A DNA stretch of 64,000 nucleotides from an uncultured Nitrospinota bacterium (GCA_963707985.1 CAVPRW010000009.1:64001-128000); one strand, 5' to 3'; numbered from the stretch's first letter, positions 11,211-23,828 are shown. Program-made: numbers and translations. The notes: a model not told the origin generated them from the letters alone.

Positions 11211-11416
11211 GCGAAAGGGCCGGGTCGTGACCAAGGCCCTGCGGGTGCTGGTGAGGTCGGCGACGCGGTGGATGTGCGTCGTCTTAATGGCCTCGGCAAG
11301 GGTCCTCGCCGGCAGCATGGTGGTGAGCCACCACGCTAGCCTCTACTGGCCCGCCCCAAGTGGACCCAGGAGGAGGACATTATGGTCAGAACGCCTGCTG
11401 GAGGTTCCGTTTCGCC
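11211..11416 (-). repeat. comM-derived dispersed element, copy A (degenerate, truncated)
   Basis: Minus strand reads [24 protein letters not shown]...ALVTTRPFR, preceded by the arm gcaggcgttctgac. Confidence 0.8.
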
Positions 11417-11747
11417 TCCATACCTCTAAGCGGTGGCCATTCTTCCACGAGGCCCTCCGCCCATCTTTCCTAAGACTTGCTGATCCGACCGTTGGTACCT
11501 TAAGTCCATCTCGTCATGTGTCCCGCTCGGGGAGCTGATTCAGATAGAACAAACTTTAGATATTTATGTCCGGGTCAGTAAAAGCCGAAACCCAGCAATC
11601 CAATAGTCTGGCTTTTCCGATACATGATTTCAGCAAGTATGCATGCGGACTTCCGGATGATATCTCATGAAAGTGCTCCACATTTATGGGGTTATGAACA
11701 CACACCCAGCATTGTAGGGGAGGCAGGGCGTGTCCGCCGACGTCGCG

Positions 11748-11900
11748 TTACGCCAGCTGTTCCAGCAACTCTTTGGCCTCCTGGAGGTCGGTCGTGTCAA
11801 AGCCCTCGGTGAACCAGCTATAGACCGGCGCCAGCAGCTCACAGGCAGCGGTGCGCTGGCCCTGGCGCTGCCACAGCCGCGCTTGGCGTTTGCGGCTCTC
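11748..11900 (-). pseudogene. 3' fragment of a cyclase-AAA-TPR gene
   Basis: [38 protein letters not shown] matches the C-terminus of the gene ending at 25456. Confidence 0.85.
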
Positions 11901-12123
11901 TTCGCCGTTGATTTGACGCTGCGTCAGCAGGCGCGCCGGGAGGCGGTAGCGCTGCGCTTTGCGCCACCAGCCGGCCCGGGGTAGGGCAAAGCGCCACAGA
12001 ATGATCTCATCCTCAGAGTGCAACATGATCTCGCCCTGGCGGGCTCGATACTGTGCTATGATACCGTCTAATATTGACATCTCCAATCGTTCTGTTTTGA
12101 GACCTGCGCACCGGAGAAACATC

Positions 12124-12969
12124 ATGTTCGACATACTGGTTACCGACCTCAACAAACTGTGCGATGAACTGCCGTTTCACACCGGCTGGTACCTGAAAGC
12201 CCTGCGCACCGGCGAGACAGCGCACCGTCATGGCCACGTGGTTGTCCCTTCAGCCAGTACCCGCAAAATCGCCATTATGATGACCGCGCTGAAGGCCGTA
12301 CACGAGGGCAAACTGGCCCTGGATCAGCCGGTGACCATCCAGGCCAAGTATCAGCACAACGACTCTGGCTGTTTCCAGTATCTGCAGCCAGGTTTTACCC
12401 TCCAATTGCGTGACGTGCTGGTGATGATGATCATCGTCAGCGATAACACCTGCACCGGGACCGTGGTCGACATGGTAGGGCTTGACGCGATTAATGCCCT
12501 CTCCCAATCCGTGGGGATGCAGGGCACGACGCACCGTTACGGCATCCCGCCGGCGGGGATGGCCGGGTACAGCCCAGCCCCTGAGACCAACGCGACCACC
12601 CCGGCTGACGTCGGGCTCCTGCTGGAGCGCATCCTCCAGGGCTCACAAGACCCCGCGGTCGCAGCGCAGCTCGGCAGTACGCCAGCGCTGTGCCAGTTGG
12701 CACTGGACATCCTGAGCTGGCAGCGCCTGCGGAACCGCTTGCCGGCGCGGTTGCCCCTCGGCACCAAAGTGGCGCATAAGACGGGGACCACCGCACGCAA
12801 TTACCACGATGCCGGGATTATTTACCAGGGGGATCAGCCGCTTTTTATCCTGAGCGCGTATACCGACGAGGTGCCGCTGGACTTGCCTGACGGCACCCCG
12901 GGGCACACGGCCGCCCACAACCTCATCGCCCAGATGAGCCGGCTCTGTTACGACGCCTTGCGCGTCTAA
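12124..12969 (+). CDS. Serine hydrolase, class A beta-lactamase-like fold
   Basis: STRK (SxxK), SDN and HKTG motifs; no signal peptide; no evident Glu166 equivalent. Confidence 0.85.
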   Translation: MFDILVTDLNKLCDELPFHTGWYLKALRTGETAHRHGHVVVPSASTRKIAIMMTALKAVHEGKLALDQPVTIQAKYQHNDSGCFQYLQPGFTLQLRDVLVMMIIVSDNTCTGTVVDMVGLDAINALSQSVGMQGTTHRYGIPPAGMAGYSPAPETNATTPADVGLLLERILQGSQDPAVAAQLGSTPALCQLALDILSWQRLRNRLPARLPLGTKVAHKTGTTARNYHDAGIIYQGDQPLFILSAYTDEVPLDLPDGTPGHTAAHNLIAQMSRLCYDALRV

Positions 12970-13890
12970 GTACTGCACACCGTAGTTGCCACGCCAGTGT
13001 TGGTGGGCGTGAGGCCACCTCGCCGCTCGCGTACGACCCATGGAAGTCGCCTCAAAATGTACAGCGGCCGCCGACTGCGGATGGCGTGACCACTGACTCG
13101 CCGAATGTGTTCAATAGGGCACACAGGGCACGCCATGTCACACTCAACAAGCAGCACCGGACGATGCACCTTCTAATAAACACGTCGTTGTCGCCAAAAC
13201 CACCCATCCAGGCGAACCAGGTCTCTGACCGGTGCTGCGTGATCTCCTCCAGCCACACCTGGTCATGGCCTGACCGCAGATGGCTGGTATACGTCTGGAT
13301 TCAGGTCAGCCAGAGGGAGCGCTGGCCTGGGGGCAAGGCATCGGCGCGGATGCCCTCATACGGGATGACGACGTTGTCCTTGAACGACACAGACGGCTGG
13401 CATCCATCTGGAGGGGTATCGCGCTCCGGTGGCAGGTCGGTGGCGATCATGGACTGAAAGATAATCGCCTGCTTCTGCTGGGGCAGGGAGAGGGTGCGAA
13501 TGAGCTCCAGGCCGTTGCGCGGCTCCGCGTCGCATTCACGCAGTCCGGCGTAGGGGCCGCGGTCGGTGATGGCCGCCTCCGCACCCCAGAATGCCGGCGT
13601 CATCACGACGTGGTCCTTGAGGAAAAAGTCGTTCAGGTGAAGGTGGTGGCCATCCATCTGCCAGCCCCATGGCTCGTCCATGGAGGGCGTGCCTAAGATG
13701 CAGAGAACGTCAAACTATTCCCCAAAACAACTCTCAGTTGCCGGTGATTTCCCCCAGCACTTCGTTGAGTTTCATGACGTGGCGCGCCGTCTCGAAGCAC
13801 CGCACGCACAGGCTCACCCTGAGCAGCTCTCGTGCCGCATCTCGCTGGGATGGGCTCATCTGGTCGAGCGACACGCCGTGGCGCAGCGGA
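12970..13890 (-). pseudogene. DUF3500-like protein, fragmented
   Basis: Pieces RHGVSLDQMS..., PWGWQMDGHHLHLN, MTPAFWGAE, TWFAWMGG across several frames with stops. Confidence 0.7.
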
Positions 13891-14330
13891 TGCCGAACAA
13901 GCCGACGTGCGCGTGGTGCTGCGCAGTGGCGTAGAGGGCGAGGCTCTGTTCCCACTGCGCGCGCGACCCGGACAACTCTCCTCGGTAGAGCAAAATACTC
14001 CCCAGGGCGAAGTGGGCTCCATGAAGATACATGCAGTCTTGGAGGTGCTGGGCCAGAGTGAGGAGTTCCCCACTCACCTCCCGTACGGTGTGTAACTCTG
14101 CCCGTACCACATGAACAATAATATAGTCCCCACAGCACCTGGCAGAGCTGTGGGACGTCTTCCACTCCCGCTTCATCCACTGCCAGGCGTTGGCCGGAGA
14201 TAATCTCCTCCTTCAGGGCTTCCAGGTGCGCCTCATCCAGTTGAAGCTGCAGTTGGAGGGTGCGATAGGTCAGGCGGCCCCGCTGGCGCAGCAGCGCGAT
14301 CACCTGATCCACGACCGCGACACAATCAAC
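13890..14330 (-). pseudogene. Internally deleted cyclase-AAA-TPR gene remnant
   Basis: N-terminal DQVIALLRQRGRLTYRTL (as at 31631 and 28453) joined directly to a TPR-region fragment. Confidence 0.75.
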
Positions 14331-14484
14331 CGCGTCTCCTTCCGGTCCGTTGCGGTGTCTGCGTGTGCATAAGCTCTCTCACCATAGCATAGGCGAAGGG
14401 AACATGCTGAAAGAAGGACAGAGGTGGAAAGCTCTGTGGCATATCAGGCGGTGACAGCATTGGGCGAGATGTATTGGCATGGCA

Positions 14485-16350
14485 TCAGCGCCTCTCCGCC
14501 GTGGGCATGAGCGGTAACAGCACATGCGACGGCCTGGCCTGATCCACATAGACTGTGTTCGTGGCCGCGCGGCTGTGGGTGCTCAAGCCTTCTGGCTCCC
14601 CGGTGTTAAAGTTCAGGTCAAACTGCGGAAAATTGCTACTGGCGATGTCCAGCCGCAGCCGATGCCCGGGCGCAAACCAGTTGCTACAGGGGAACAGTTC
14701 AATGCGGATGGCGTACACCTGCCCTGGTTGCATCAGCGTCGCTGACTCCCAGGCGTCGCGGTAGCGCACGCGCAGGATGCCGCCCGTGAGGTTCATGGCG
14801 TACCCATCGGGGTAATCGGCGTTGGGCGGATAGACATCGACGAGCTTGGCGGTAAAATCAGTGTCCGGACAATCCGACCTGATCCACAGGTGGACCGTGA
14901 TGGGGCCGGTGACTTCCACGGCCTGGGTCAGCGGGGCCGTTTGAAACACCAGGATATCCGGGCGCTCGGCCAGCGGGCGGTAGGGAGGCCGAGCGCCGAA
15001 AAAGGCCGGGGTCTCACGCTGATCAAACGCCCCACCGACCATGATGGGTTCCCCCGAGGAGATCGAACCACCTATGGTGGGCACCGGATGAGTTGGATCG
15101 TGGCGATACGTCCGTGGCGGTGCCGCCGCGGCGGGCGTGTCGGGCGACAGTGTGCCATTCGTATGCAAATAGTAGGGGGTAAACTGCGTGTCGGGCAACG
15201 GCCATGTGGCCGCCTGGCGCCAGTGCCCGCCATGATCGAGACGGCCAGCGGCATTGCGGCGCCCGCTGCCACCCCCCATGACGAAGCCCCGCACCGCCGG
15301 TTCGGTCTCGACACCATTGTCCACGCCGCGTAACCAGCGGTCGAACCAGCGTAAGCGCAGGGTACAAAAGTCTGGAGCGAGGTTGTCGTCCAGCGGTGCC
15401 ATCGGGCCAAAATCGACCTCCCCGGCATAGCTCGACGAACGATTGCCATGGGTCCAGGGACCGAGGATGAGCCGCACGGGACCACGTTTGCGGGTCACCA
15501 GCCCCTGATAGTTTTCCGTGGCCGTACGGACATAGGGATCATACCAGGACGACATATGCACCTGTGGCACATCGGCGCTCTGGGCATAATAGCCCGCGGC
15601 GTAGAGTCCCGGTTGCGTCCAGTACTCATCAAACGTGCCATGGGTCCATTGCTCAAAGAGATACGCTTCATACTCCGGCGCGGCTGTCACGGGTGAGTGC
15701 CCGGGCTGCCAGGGCATCTGCCCAAACCACTGGTGCAGGTCGACCGCTTCCAGGGTGGTGCGGCACTGTGGGTCCGCCAGCACTCTCGGGCTCTTCAGGG
15801 CATTGGTGTAGGCCCAGGTGGCCTGCCTGAGTTCGAAGGCGCCGCCCTGGCGAATCCCACTCTGATAGGCGTTGGCAAAGCCTCCCGAATCCACAAACAT
15901 GGCCGCTAGGCCAGGCGGATTGAGGCTGGCGAGCGCCATCTGGGTATGGGCGGCATAGGACAAGCCCATGGTCCCGATACGGCCATTGCACCAGCACTGG
16001 CGGACGAGCCAGGCACAGGTATCGTAGCCGTCCGTCGCCTCGGTGAGGTATTTCTCAAAGGCCCCTTCCGAACCATAGCGGCCACGACAATCTTGATAGA
16101 TCACGACATAGCCATGGTGGACAAAGAAGGCCGCGACTTCCTGGCGCGATTGGGGGCGCTCCGGGTGGTGGCGCGAGATTTCCGAACGACTCGTCTGCCC
16201 TTTCCCGTACGGCGTGCGTTCGAGAATGACAGGGAACGCCCCGGGAACGGTCTGCCCTGCGGCCGTGGGGCGATAGACATCGCACGCCAGCTTGATGCCA
16301 TCCCGCATCGGGACCATGATATCGCGTTCAACCCTCATGTCGTCATGCAT
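14485..16350 (-). CDS. CocE/NonD family hydrolase
   Basis: VPMRDGIKLACD, QDCRGRYGSEG, GLSYAA nucleophile elbow, GPWTH, PepX C-terminal domain. Confidence 0.93.
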   Translation of the reverse strand: MHDDMRVERDIMVPMRDGIKLACDVYRPTAAGQTVPGAFPVILERTPYGKGQTSRSEISRHHPERPQSRQEVAAFFVHHGYVVIYQDCRGRYGSEGAFEKYLTEATDGYDTCAWLVRQCWCNGRIGTMGLSYAAHTQMALASLNPPGLAAMFVDSGGFANAYQSGIRQGGAFELRQATWAYTNALKSPRVLADPQCRTTLEAVDLHQWFGQMPWQPGHSPVTAAPEYEAYLFEQWTHGTFDEYWTQPGLYAAGYYAQSADVPQVHMSSWYDPYVRTATENYQGLVTRKRGPVRLILGPWTHGNRSSSYAGEVDFGPMAPLDDNLAPDFCTLRLRWFDRWLRGVDNGVETEPAVRGFVMGGGSGRRNAAGRLDHGGHWRQAATWPLPDTQFTPYYLHTNGTLSPDTPAAAAPPRTYRHDPTHPVPTIGGSISSGEPIMVGGAFDQRETPAFFGARPPYRPLAERPDILVFQTAPLTQAVEVTGPITVHLWIRSDCPDTDFTAKLVDVYPPNADYPDGYAMNLTGGILRVRYRDAWESATLMQPGQVYAIRIELFPCSNWFAPGHRLRLDIASSNFPQFDLNFNTGEPEGLSTHSRAATNTVYVDQARPSHVLLPLMPTAERR

Positions 16351-16599
16351 ATTCTCACCCTCGCGTTGGACATGGCGCCTCGTCAGGCAGCACTCCCGCC
16401 ATTATGCCAACCTCCCCACGTGATGACAACCGCAGCGCGCCGCCGGCCGCGGTGGCGCCCTGCTGGCAGGGGTGCGGGGGCCTGGGGCGATGAGGACGCG
16501 GCCGAAACGGTGCTAGAAGTAAGGCGATGACCGGCCGCCCTCGGTCACGTTCACGCGTCCCCCCTAAACGCTTACGACTACCGGGCGGTCCACGAATCT

Positions 16600-17045
16600 C
16601 TCAGGGGCATCATCCGTCTGGCGAACTCCGCCAACGTATGGTGGTTGAGGACGTGCGGGAGATTGTCGGTAGAGAACACCCTCCTCGGGCGGTTGCTGCC
16701 AGACCTCCAGGACGTAGCGGCGATACTCGGGCAGTTCATCGGGGAAGGGCACGCCGTGGTGCGCTGGCGACCCCTCGCCCGGCATCGGCACCTGGCCCCC
16801 GCCGATCAGCCCCGCCTCCGAGAGGGTATGGTGGGGGGCTCGAAACGGGCGGGTCGTCACCAACGCCGTGCGGTTGCCGGTGAGGCCGGCGACGCTGTGG
16901 ATCCGCGTCGTCTCAATGGCCTCGGCCAGGGTCATCGCCGGCAGGATGGTGGTGAGTCGGCGTGCCAGCATCGATTTGCCCGCCCCTGGAGGTCCCAGAA
17001 GGAGGAGGTTATGGTCAGAACGCCCGCATCAGGTTCCGCCTTGCG
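16600..17045 (-). repeat. comM-derived dispersed element, copy B (most complete)
   Basis: [20 protein letters not shown]...RPFRAPHH...DELPEY...EEGV (16675-17013) flanked by non-comM arms shared with copies A and C. Confidence 0.88.
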
Positions 17046-17485
17046 CTAGGATTGGTGGGGCATTCATCCGGTGCGAATGCCCGCCTTTCATCTGGGAGCC
17101 GTACCTTGGCAGGTACTGGAGCCCCGCCACTCTGCCGCCTCATGGGCCTTGGCCCGGCGACCCCTGCCTACGATTGCGTCGTCGCCCCGGCCAAGCAGGC
17201 GGAGAGGATCTTCCCTCACGAGCCCTGACCTTCGGAGGTCCGACACCCGGCGTGCAAGGGCCGTGTCGACTGACGGGGGCGCTCTGAAGAAGCAGCCCTC
17301 CCACGCGTTTCCGGACTGGCGAGCCCATCACACACCTGGGGTGCCGCGCACGGCCGTGGCGGTCGGGACCCCTCCCCTGCGTGATGATCGGCGCGTCGAC
17401 CGCCGTTGAGCCCCGGCGTGTTGAGGCGCTCAGGGGCCAGCCCGGCACTGACGGACGCGCGGGATCACCGCTCTTGGGACACGCG

Positions 17486-17715
17486 CTAGTTGGCGGCGAA
17501 GCCGTAGAACAACCCGTCACCGCCGGCGCTGCGCAGATCGGCCTGGCTACAGCCGCCGTCTGGCACGCGCGACGGGTGCGACGAATTGCACGCCTTTGCC
17601 GGCGGATCCTCGGTCCGCCCCATGCGGTCGTGGTGGCCGACCATCGCCGCTCCTTGGCCGCTCTGCGTCCAGTTGCCGCAGGTCTGGTCCTCGCTGGGTG
17701 GAAAGGCGCGATTGT
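17486..17715 (-). pseudogene. C-terminal fragment of a secreted lectin-like (C-type/endostatin-like fold) protein
   Basis: TCGNWT, AMVGHHDR, NSSHPSR, GGDGLFYGFAAN resemble the conserved C-terminus of that family; N-terminus missing. Confidence 0.55.
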
Positions 17716-18028
17716 ACTGGGACTGGGCGGCCCTGTCAACGCCGCCCTGGAGACCCATGTGATCGCGGCAGGGTGAGGAGGTCGCACATGCAGGCAGGCG
17801 CCGCTCCCCTGTCGCGAAGGTCAAGGGAGTGGAACAACCTTACGGAGAAGTATGTCGCGGTGAGAGATGGATCACGACAGCGGGGAAACGGATGACCGCC
17901 CAGGCATGATCCTCTGCAGTGCAGCCACAGAGGACCTGCACGATCTCCATCCCACCAGACCGTGACAGTGGGGCGATCAGTCCACAGCACGTGTCTAGCG
18001 GAGCAGCCGTCCAGCGCTGGGGCGGCAG

Positions 18029-18949
18029 TTATGACGGGAGGTGCCCTGCCACGTGCCGGGCTGCGCGGCCGAGCGCAAGCTGCCAGCGTCGGGGGATCAG
18101 CCCCTGGGCGGTGACCCCGTGCGCGGCGAGCACCTGCTGAAACCCAATCCACAACAGGGGGGCGGCATAGCTACTGCCCCGCTCCAGCACCTCCCACCAC
18201 GCCCCATAGGCCTGCGCGGGCACATGGAGGAATTCGGTGCCGAGCTTCCACGCACACACGAAGACAAAAAACACGGGCCGAGTGGCCTGCACACACAGCA
18301 CCCCGAGTACCATTTCGAACCCGCCGATGGCCGCACGCAGGGTGGGTAACGGGATGCCCAAGACCCCCAAGCCCGCCGCCGCATACAACCCGAGCAGGTT
18401 GGCTTTCCCTATCACCAGCCCGAAGGCCCCGTGGCCGATCAGCATACCGGCCATGACGCCGCGCAGCACCCACTGGGCCGTTTGCGCGCGGGCCACGGTC
18501 AAGCGCGGGATCTCGGTGAGCACGGTGAACCAGGACCGGGCGGTGGTCCCCATGCCGTGCACCCACAGCAGCAAGAAGGGCACGCCGAAGTTATAAGAGC
18601 GCTCCAGCATCTCCCAGCCCCCTTCCCCCGCGAGCGGCCGGAGCGACGCGGTGAACAGCCCCCAGCAGGCCATGTACAGCAGCCCGGCGCGCGTCGGGGC
18701 GACGAGCGCCAGCACCCCCAAGGTGATATCCACGCTCCCCACCACCGGCATGAGCGTCCAAGCCCAGGCCTCAGGGAAGCCGAACAGGGTAAAGTAGGGC
18801 ACCCAGGCCGGCTTCGCCATGACACCGAAGACGCCGTGACCGACGAATTCCGCGCACAGCGCCAGGCGAAAGAGCCAGTGGAGGTGCCATTCCGGCGTGT
18901 GCCGGGCGGCGGGATCGAACAGCGAGGTGGGGATGGTCTCCTGCGACAT
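18029..18949 (-). CDS. Membrane protein with two tandem DoxX-like units
   Basis: Internal duplication FVGHGVFG / LIGHGAFG and WEMLER / WEVLER; hydrophobic. Confidence 0.75.
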   Translation of the reverse strand: MSQETIPTSLFDPAARHTPEWHLHWLFRLALCAEFVGHGVFGVMAKPAWVPYFTLFGFPEAWAWTLMPVVGSVDITLGVLALVAPTRAGLLYMACWGLFTASLRPLAGEGGWEMLERSYNFGVPFLLLWVHGMGTTARSWFTVLTEIPRLTVARAQTAQWVLRGVMAGMLIGHGAFGLVIGKANLLGLYAAAGLGVLGIPLPTLRAAIGGFEMVLGVLCVQATRPVFFVFVCAWKLGTEFLHVPAQAYGAWWEVLERGSSYAAPLLWIGFQQVLAAHGVTAQGLIPRRWQLALGRAARHVAGHLPS

Positions 18950-19049
18950 GACGGACTCCCGACTGAGTCATGGTGAACGGTGCCCTGCTGCAGACGCCCA
19001 CCGGACCTCAACCGCCGCGGCGGCCAAGGGGGCGGTAGGGCGCCTGCGG

Positions 19050-20385
19050 TTATGGCTTCACAGGCTGCAGGTAGAGCACCACGGCGCGCTCGCCGATCTT
19101 GCGCCCCAGCACGAGGCCGTCCTCACACGAGGTGCGGAAGTGGATGCCGGCATAGACGCGGGAGTCCGCGCTCTCGCGCGCCGCCTGCGAGACGCGGGTG
19201 AACGAGCGGGTGATGTCCGCGAAGGGCGGCCCACTCGTCACCGAGAACGACCACCTGGTCGGTGCCCAGGACACCCGTCAGGGCAGCGGCCGCCGCCCCG
19301 CTGAAGGTGCTCTGGGTCGAGGGGTAGTCCGAGACGTTCGGGGTGTTCTGAAGGCTGTTCCAGGTCGGGTCCCCGGCGGTCGCGTCGTTGCCGTCGGTGT
19401 CGCCTTCGCGGATGGCGGTCACCGGGCGCCAGGAATCGTAGACGTAGCGGATCTTGAAGCCCGCGATGTAGCTGTCCGCCATGGCCAGATTCATGAGGGC
19501 CAGGAGCCGGGCACTGTCCCAGGCGTCGAGGCCGCGCTCCTGCGCGACCGCCCGGGCAATGCGCTCCCACGCCGGTGGCCCCTCGAACCAGAAGCGCGCG
19601 ATCTCCGTTTGTTCCGGCGTGCGCGCCTCGCTGACCTGGCCGCCGATCCGCTTGATTTCGTTGTAGTCGCGCGCGTAGGCCTCGCTGGTCAGCGCCGGGG
19701 GCCCGGGGAGCCAGAACTGTGCGGCGGAGAGCAGCGTAAAAGGCGTGACGTTGCCCCAGCCGGGGAGCGCCGAGGATGCATAGCCGGGGGCCAGCGCCTT
19801 GTCCGCGATAGGCGGGTTCGGCGGGTCGGGGTTCGGGTGCGGCCGCCACTTGCCGGGGCCGGTCCCCGGCGTATAGGGTGCGTCCTTGGTGGCGCCGTCG
19901 TCCTTCCGGAGCGCCAGCATGGCCGTCCCTGCCGCCCGGCCGACCGTCACACCCTTGGTCTTCGCGGTGCTGTCGGACCCGCGGCTCAACGCGCCCAGGT
20001 AGGCGTCTTCAACCATCGCCAGCGCGGCAATCTTTTGCGCCGGCGTGCCGAAACTCGGCAGCACGCCGACCAAGACCGTGTGGGCGGCCGCGGCCACAGC
20101 GGCCTCGGGCGAGGCGCCCGCCTCTCCGGGACCCTCGAAATAATAGGCGGCATAGCGGCGGGTGCTCGCGTTGAGGGCATCATGGACCGCCCCCTGCACC
20201 ATCGCGAGGGTGCGCGTGACCTGGACGGGAGTCTGCCCACCCGCCGCGGCGGCTTTTACGGCCGTCTCGTTCCACGTGAGTACCTCGTTAGCGGCCGCGG
20301 GCGGGACGTGGGCGGCCGCCATGAGGCCGATCAGGAGGATGCTGGTCAGGAGTATGCTTCCGAAGACTCGACGAACGTGCCTCAT
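19050..20385 (-). CDS. Secreted PAP2/vanadium-dependent haloperoxidase-like protein, frameshift near 19250
   Basis: Signal peptide; YDSWRP, DYPSTQ; SRVYAGIHF in the second frame. Confidence 0.8.
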
Positions 20386-20483
20386 GGCTCACTCCTCCTC
20401 TGCTGAATGGGCGCATGCCTACTGCGCCACGACACCGGCAACAATCGGATGGAGAGGAACCGCACGGAGGGTCATGCGGCGTG

Positions 20484-20511
20484 AATATAGCAGAACGGGC
20501 CAGGGTGTCAA
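20484..20511 (-). promoter_or_regulatory. Sigma70-like promoter
   Basis: TTGACA-16 nt-TATATT with TGn, about 100 bp upstream of the 20385 start. Confidence 0.5.
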
Positions 20512-21032
20512 CACTGCTGTGACATCGCGGATGGCATTGCTTGCCCGTCTTCCGATCACTGGGCGAACTGTAGAGGCTCGCAGTCATTGCACGTGAGGCT
20601 CGCAGTCATGCACTCTTCCTGGCCCGCAACCATTCATGCTCGCCGAGGCCTCAGGTCCACATGCCTTGCGCCGGAGCGCACATGATGGATTCTAGGCTCG
20701 CCATGATCTCCCGTGGGCCAACACGTGTTGCAATGAACCGGCAGCGGCACTCTACAAAGTATACGGCGAGTTGTTCGCGCGATATTCCAGCTCGTTGATG
20801 GTTGTGAGCCGGGGCATCAGGTCCAAGCTGGCCGTCTAAACTGACGTAGACGGGCAGTACATATGGCCAACTGACGCACAGATAGTGACACCGACGTTTA
20901 TCTGTAGGGTTCAGGTGTTCAGGTATGTGCATGAGTTGAGCCCTCGGTTGGTGCTCGCGCCTCTGCACTGACCCATCAGGAGCACGAGCAGAGGCGCGAG
21001 CACCAGGAAGGTCGGCTCTTCCCGTCCATGAC

Positions 21033-22428
21033 CTACAGCCCATTGAGCTGATCGCGTTGGATGGCCAGTACGGCAATGCTTTTGCCCATTTGGTTGCCGG
21101 CACGTTCATCGCTGGGGTAGTGGATGCCGCCGTAGATGCGGGAGAGGCCGGCCTCCTCGCCCAGATACCGCCATTGGACCGCCTCCTGCGGGAACATGGC
21201 GCCGACCAGTGACTGCCGCCGCACTGGCAATGATCGCGGCGTTCGAGACGTAGGCGGGATGGTTCGGCACCGTGATCAATGGCACGATCGTGGGGTCCGC
21301 CATGTTTGGCCGCAGCCGCCAGTAGGTGTATTTCGCATCGTGCGCGGCGATGTAGGCGTCGACATACAGGACGGCAACCGGCGCCAGCAACCGCACCTCC
21401 CGGGGCACACTGAGCCGCTCACGGCGCGCCAGCGCATAGCCCGGCTCCCACGTGAAGTCAGGGCTTTTGGCGGCAAAGTTGGTGGCGATGGCGCGCTGGG
21501 ACGGCGTCGGGTGACTGTTGATCCGCTTCAGCAATGCCAGCTCCTCCTGGAACTCCACTGAGTCGATGGCTGGCGGCGGCTCCGGCCGGAACTGGTCGCC
21601 CCGTGTCATCAGCCACGGCTTCCAGGTGCCCAGCAACGGCTCCAGCGGATCTTTCCCCACCCACATCCCTGGCCCGGTCGGCACGGTGCCGGTCCACTTC
21701 GCGTCTGAGCCGTCGGTGGCGGCGCGGGCGAGCGCCTTCTGTGCCACCGCCTGGCCGAGGGCGACCCCCGCCTCGATGTCGCTGCGATAGTTGGCGCCCA
21801 TCAGCAGCCGCGTCTGCCCCATCTCCTCGGCCGTAGCCGTTAGGTTGGCCTCCTCCTTGGGGAAAAACGCCGTCAGGATGCCGACCGCGGTCCCCGCGAG
21901 CGCCGCGTGCTCGGACGGATACGACGGTTCCGGCGCCGGGACCGCGCCGGTGATGAGGGCCACCGGGGTCACGTCCGGCACCAGCTGGCTGGGTGACTTG
22001 CGGTTGAACTGGTACTTCGCGGCCCAGGTCACGATCACGGCGTCGTGCAGCGCGGTGTGCAGAATGGCCGCCAGCTGCGCCTGACGGTTCGGACTCTGCC
22101 TCTCGGCCCGGGCGAGCGTGAAGGCAAGGTCGTGCCAGTGCAGCGTGGCCGGCCCGGCGTTGTAGTACTGGATTGCCGTGTTGGCGCTCGGCGAACGTTC
22201 CTTCTGCAGCTGTCGCAGTTCAGCCAGCTCAGCTGTGGTCTGATCGGAGGTCTCAGCTGGCGGTGCTGGCACCTGGATCTCGGTGCCCGAGGCGAGCACC
22301 CAGGTCTTCCACTGCCCCACCTTCGGCCCGCCGCTGTCGACCTCGCTGCTGGCGGAAAGTGCCATGACGCCGAGGAGCGCCAGCGTCATCACGATGAGTC
22401 TCATCGAGTGCCATGTCACCCTGAACAT
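21033..22428 (-). CDS. Secreted two-domain PAP2/haloperoxidase-like protein, frameshift near 21210
   Basis: Signal peptide; domain 1 SYPSEH; domain 2 KYTYWRLRP, PNHPAYVSN; SRIYGGIHY in the shifted frame. Confidence 0.78.
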
Positions 22429-23114
22429 GATCGTCCTCCCTTCTCTCGACAGCATCTGGCCTCTTCATTTCGAGCCACGGCGCTGGAGGCAGGGGCCTCG
22501 GCGGCGGGGCTCCCTTTGACGGCACCTCTGAGCGTTCCCCCCGGCAGCTGGGGAGAGGAGGTCAGCAGCCGCCGGGGAAAAGAGCCATGTTCCCTGTCTG
22601 CATGGTTCAGTGATCGACGCGTTGCCGACGCATTCGGCGAGAAGCCGTCCCCTCCGAGGGGATCGGGTGAGGAATGTATCAGGAGTTGGGGCCTTATGAG
22701 ATAGCGGAAGGGCATGTGGAGGCCATCCCTAACAGGAGGTTTCGAAGGGGAACCGGCCTTCATGGGCGTGCCCTCCTGATGCATGACAGCGAAGGGGGAG
22801 AGGATCGTGCCGGTGCGTTGGCGATCATCCTGTTCTCCCTGAGAGGATGAGAGAGGCGATGACGTGCGCTGGGCGTGGGGCCACCCCGAGGATGTTCAGG
22901 AGATCTCACATCACAGCAAGAGTGATTCCGTTTCGCCCACTGGTCCCGTGTCCTTGAACCATCGCGTTGGATGGTAGTGGGATGGAGCGAGGTGCGAGAG
23001 AGCGGGTGTGTAAATGTGCACATAGGTGAGGGCTGAACCGGGTGCGAAGGGGCGGTAAAGGCTTGCAAACGTTCTCCTGATAGAGAGGTGTGCGATCCTG
23101 AGCACTGTGCGTAG

Positions 23115-23828
23115 TGTCAGCGGTTGCGTGAAAATGTTGGGAAATGGGCGGTTTGAAAATGTGGGAGACAAAGGGTGAGCCAGGGTGTCGCCGGAAGCGA
23201 CTACTCGCTTCCGGTGAGCTTAGTGTCCCGAGGGTTAACTCTCGAGTTGGTCTTTCATGCGGAAACTTTTGCCTTCGATGATGACGGTCTCGGCGTGATG
23301 CAGCAACCTGTCCAGGATGGCCGCAGTCAGGGTGCTGTCATTGTTAAATATCCTGGGCCACTCCTTGAAGGCGCGGTTTGAGGTGATAATAATCGCCCCC
23401 TGCTTATAGCGCAGCGAGATGACTTGGAAGAGCAGATCGGCGCCCGCTTTGTCAATCGGAAGGTAGCCCAGCTCGTCGAGAATGAGCAGCGCGGGTTTGG
23501 TGTATTTCTTGAGTGCCGCTTTGAGATGGCCGGCATTCTTTGCGCCAGCCAGCGTGTTGATGACATCAATGGCACTGGCAAAGAGCACCGAGTAGCCTTG
23601 GAGGCAAGCGGCATAGCCCAGGGCCGTGGCCAGGTGGGTTTTCCCCAGGCCTACGCCGCCGAGAAAGATGAGATTGGCTTTGGCCTTGATGAACTCGAGG
23701 TGGAAGTGATTCTGCACCTGGAGGCGGTTGATTCGTGTGGGCCAGTCCCAGCGGAACTGATCGAGGGTTTTGATGACGGGGAAGCGCGCCAGACGAATGC
23801 GGCTTTTGGTAGCCCGGTCGCGCCGCGG
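23115..23828 (-). mobile_element. istB: IS21-family remnant (3' part of istB plus terminal repeat region)
   Basis: GGVGLGKTHLA, ILDELGYLP, AILDRLLHH, GKSFR; end begins TGTCAGCGG with repeated gcggtt..gaaaatg motifs; istA absent. Confidence 0.85.
23191..23214. terminator. Perfect 10-bp hairpin downstream of istB
   Basis: ccggaagcga-ctac-tcgcttccgg; no U-tract, so function is uncertain. Confidence 0.35.

Noticed and set aside
12124..12969. Bona fide beta-lactam resistance gene
   Set aside because: No signal peptide and no evident omega-loop Glu; fold-level similarity only.
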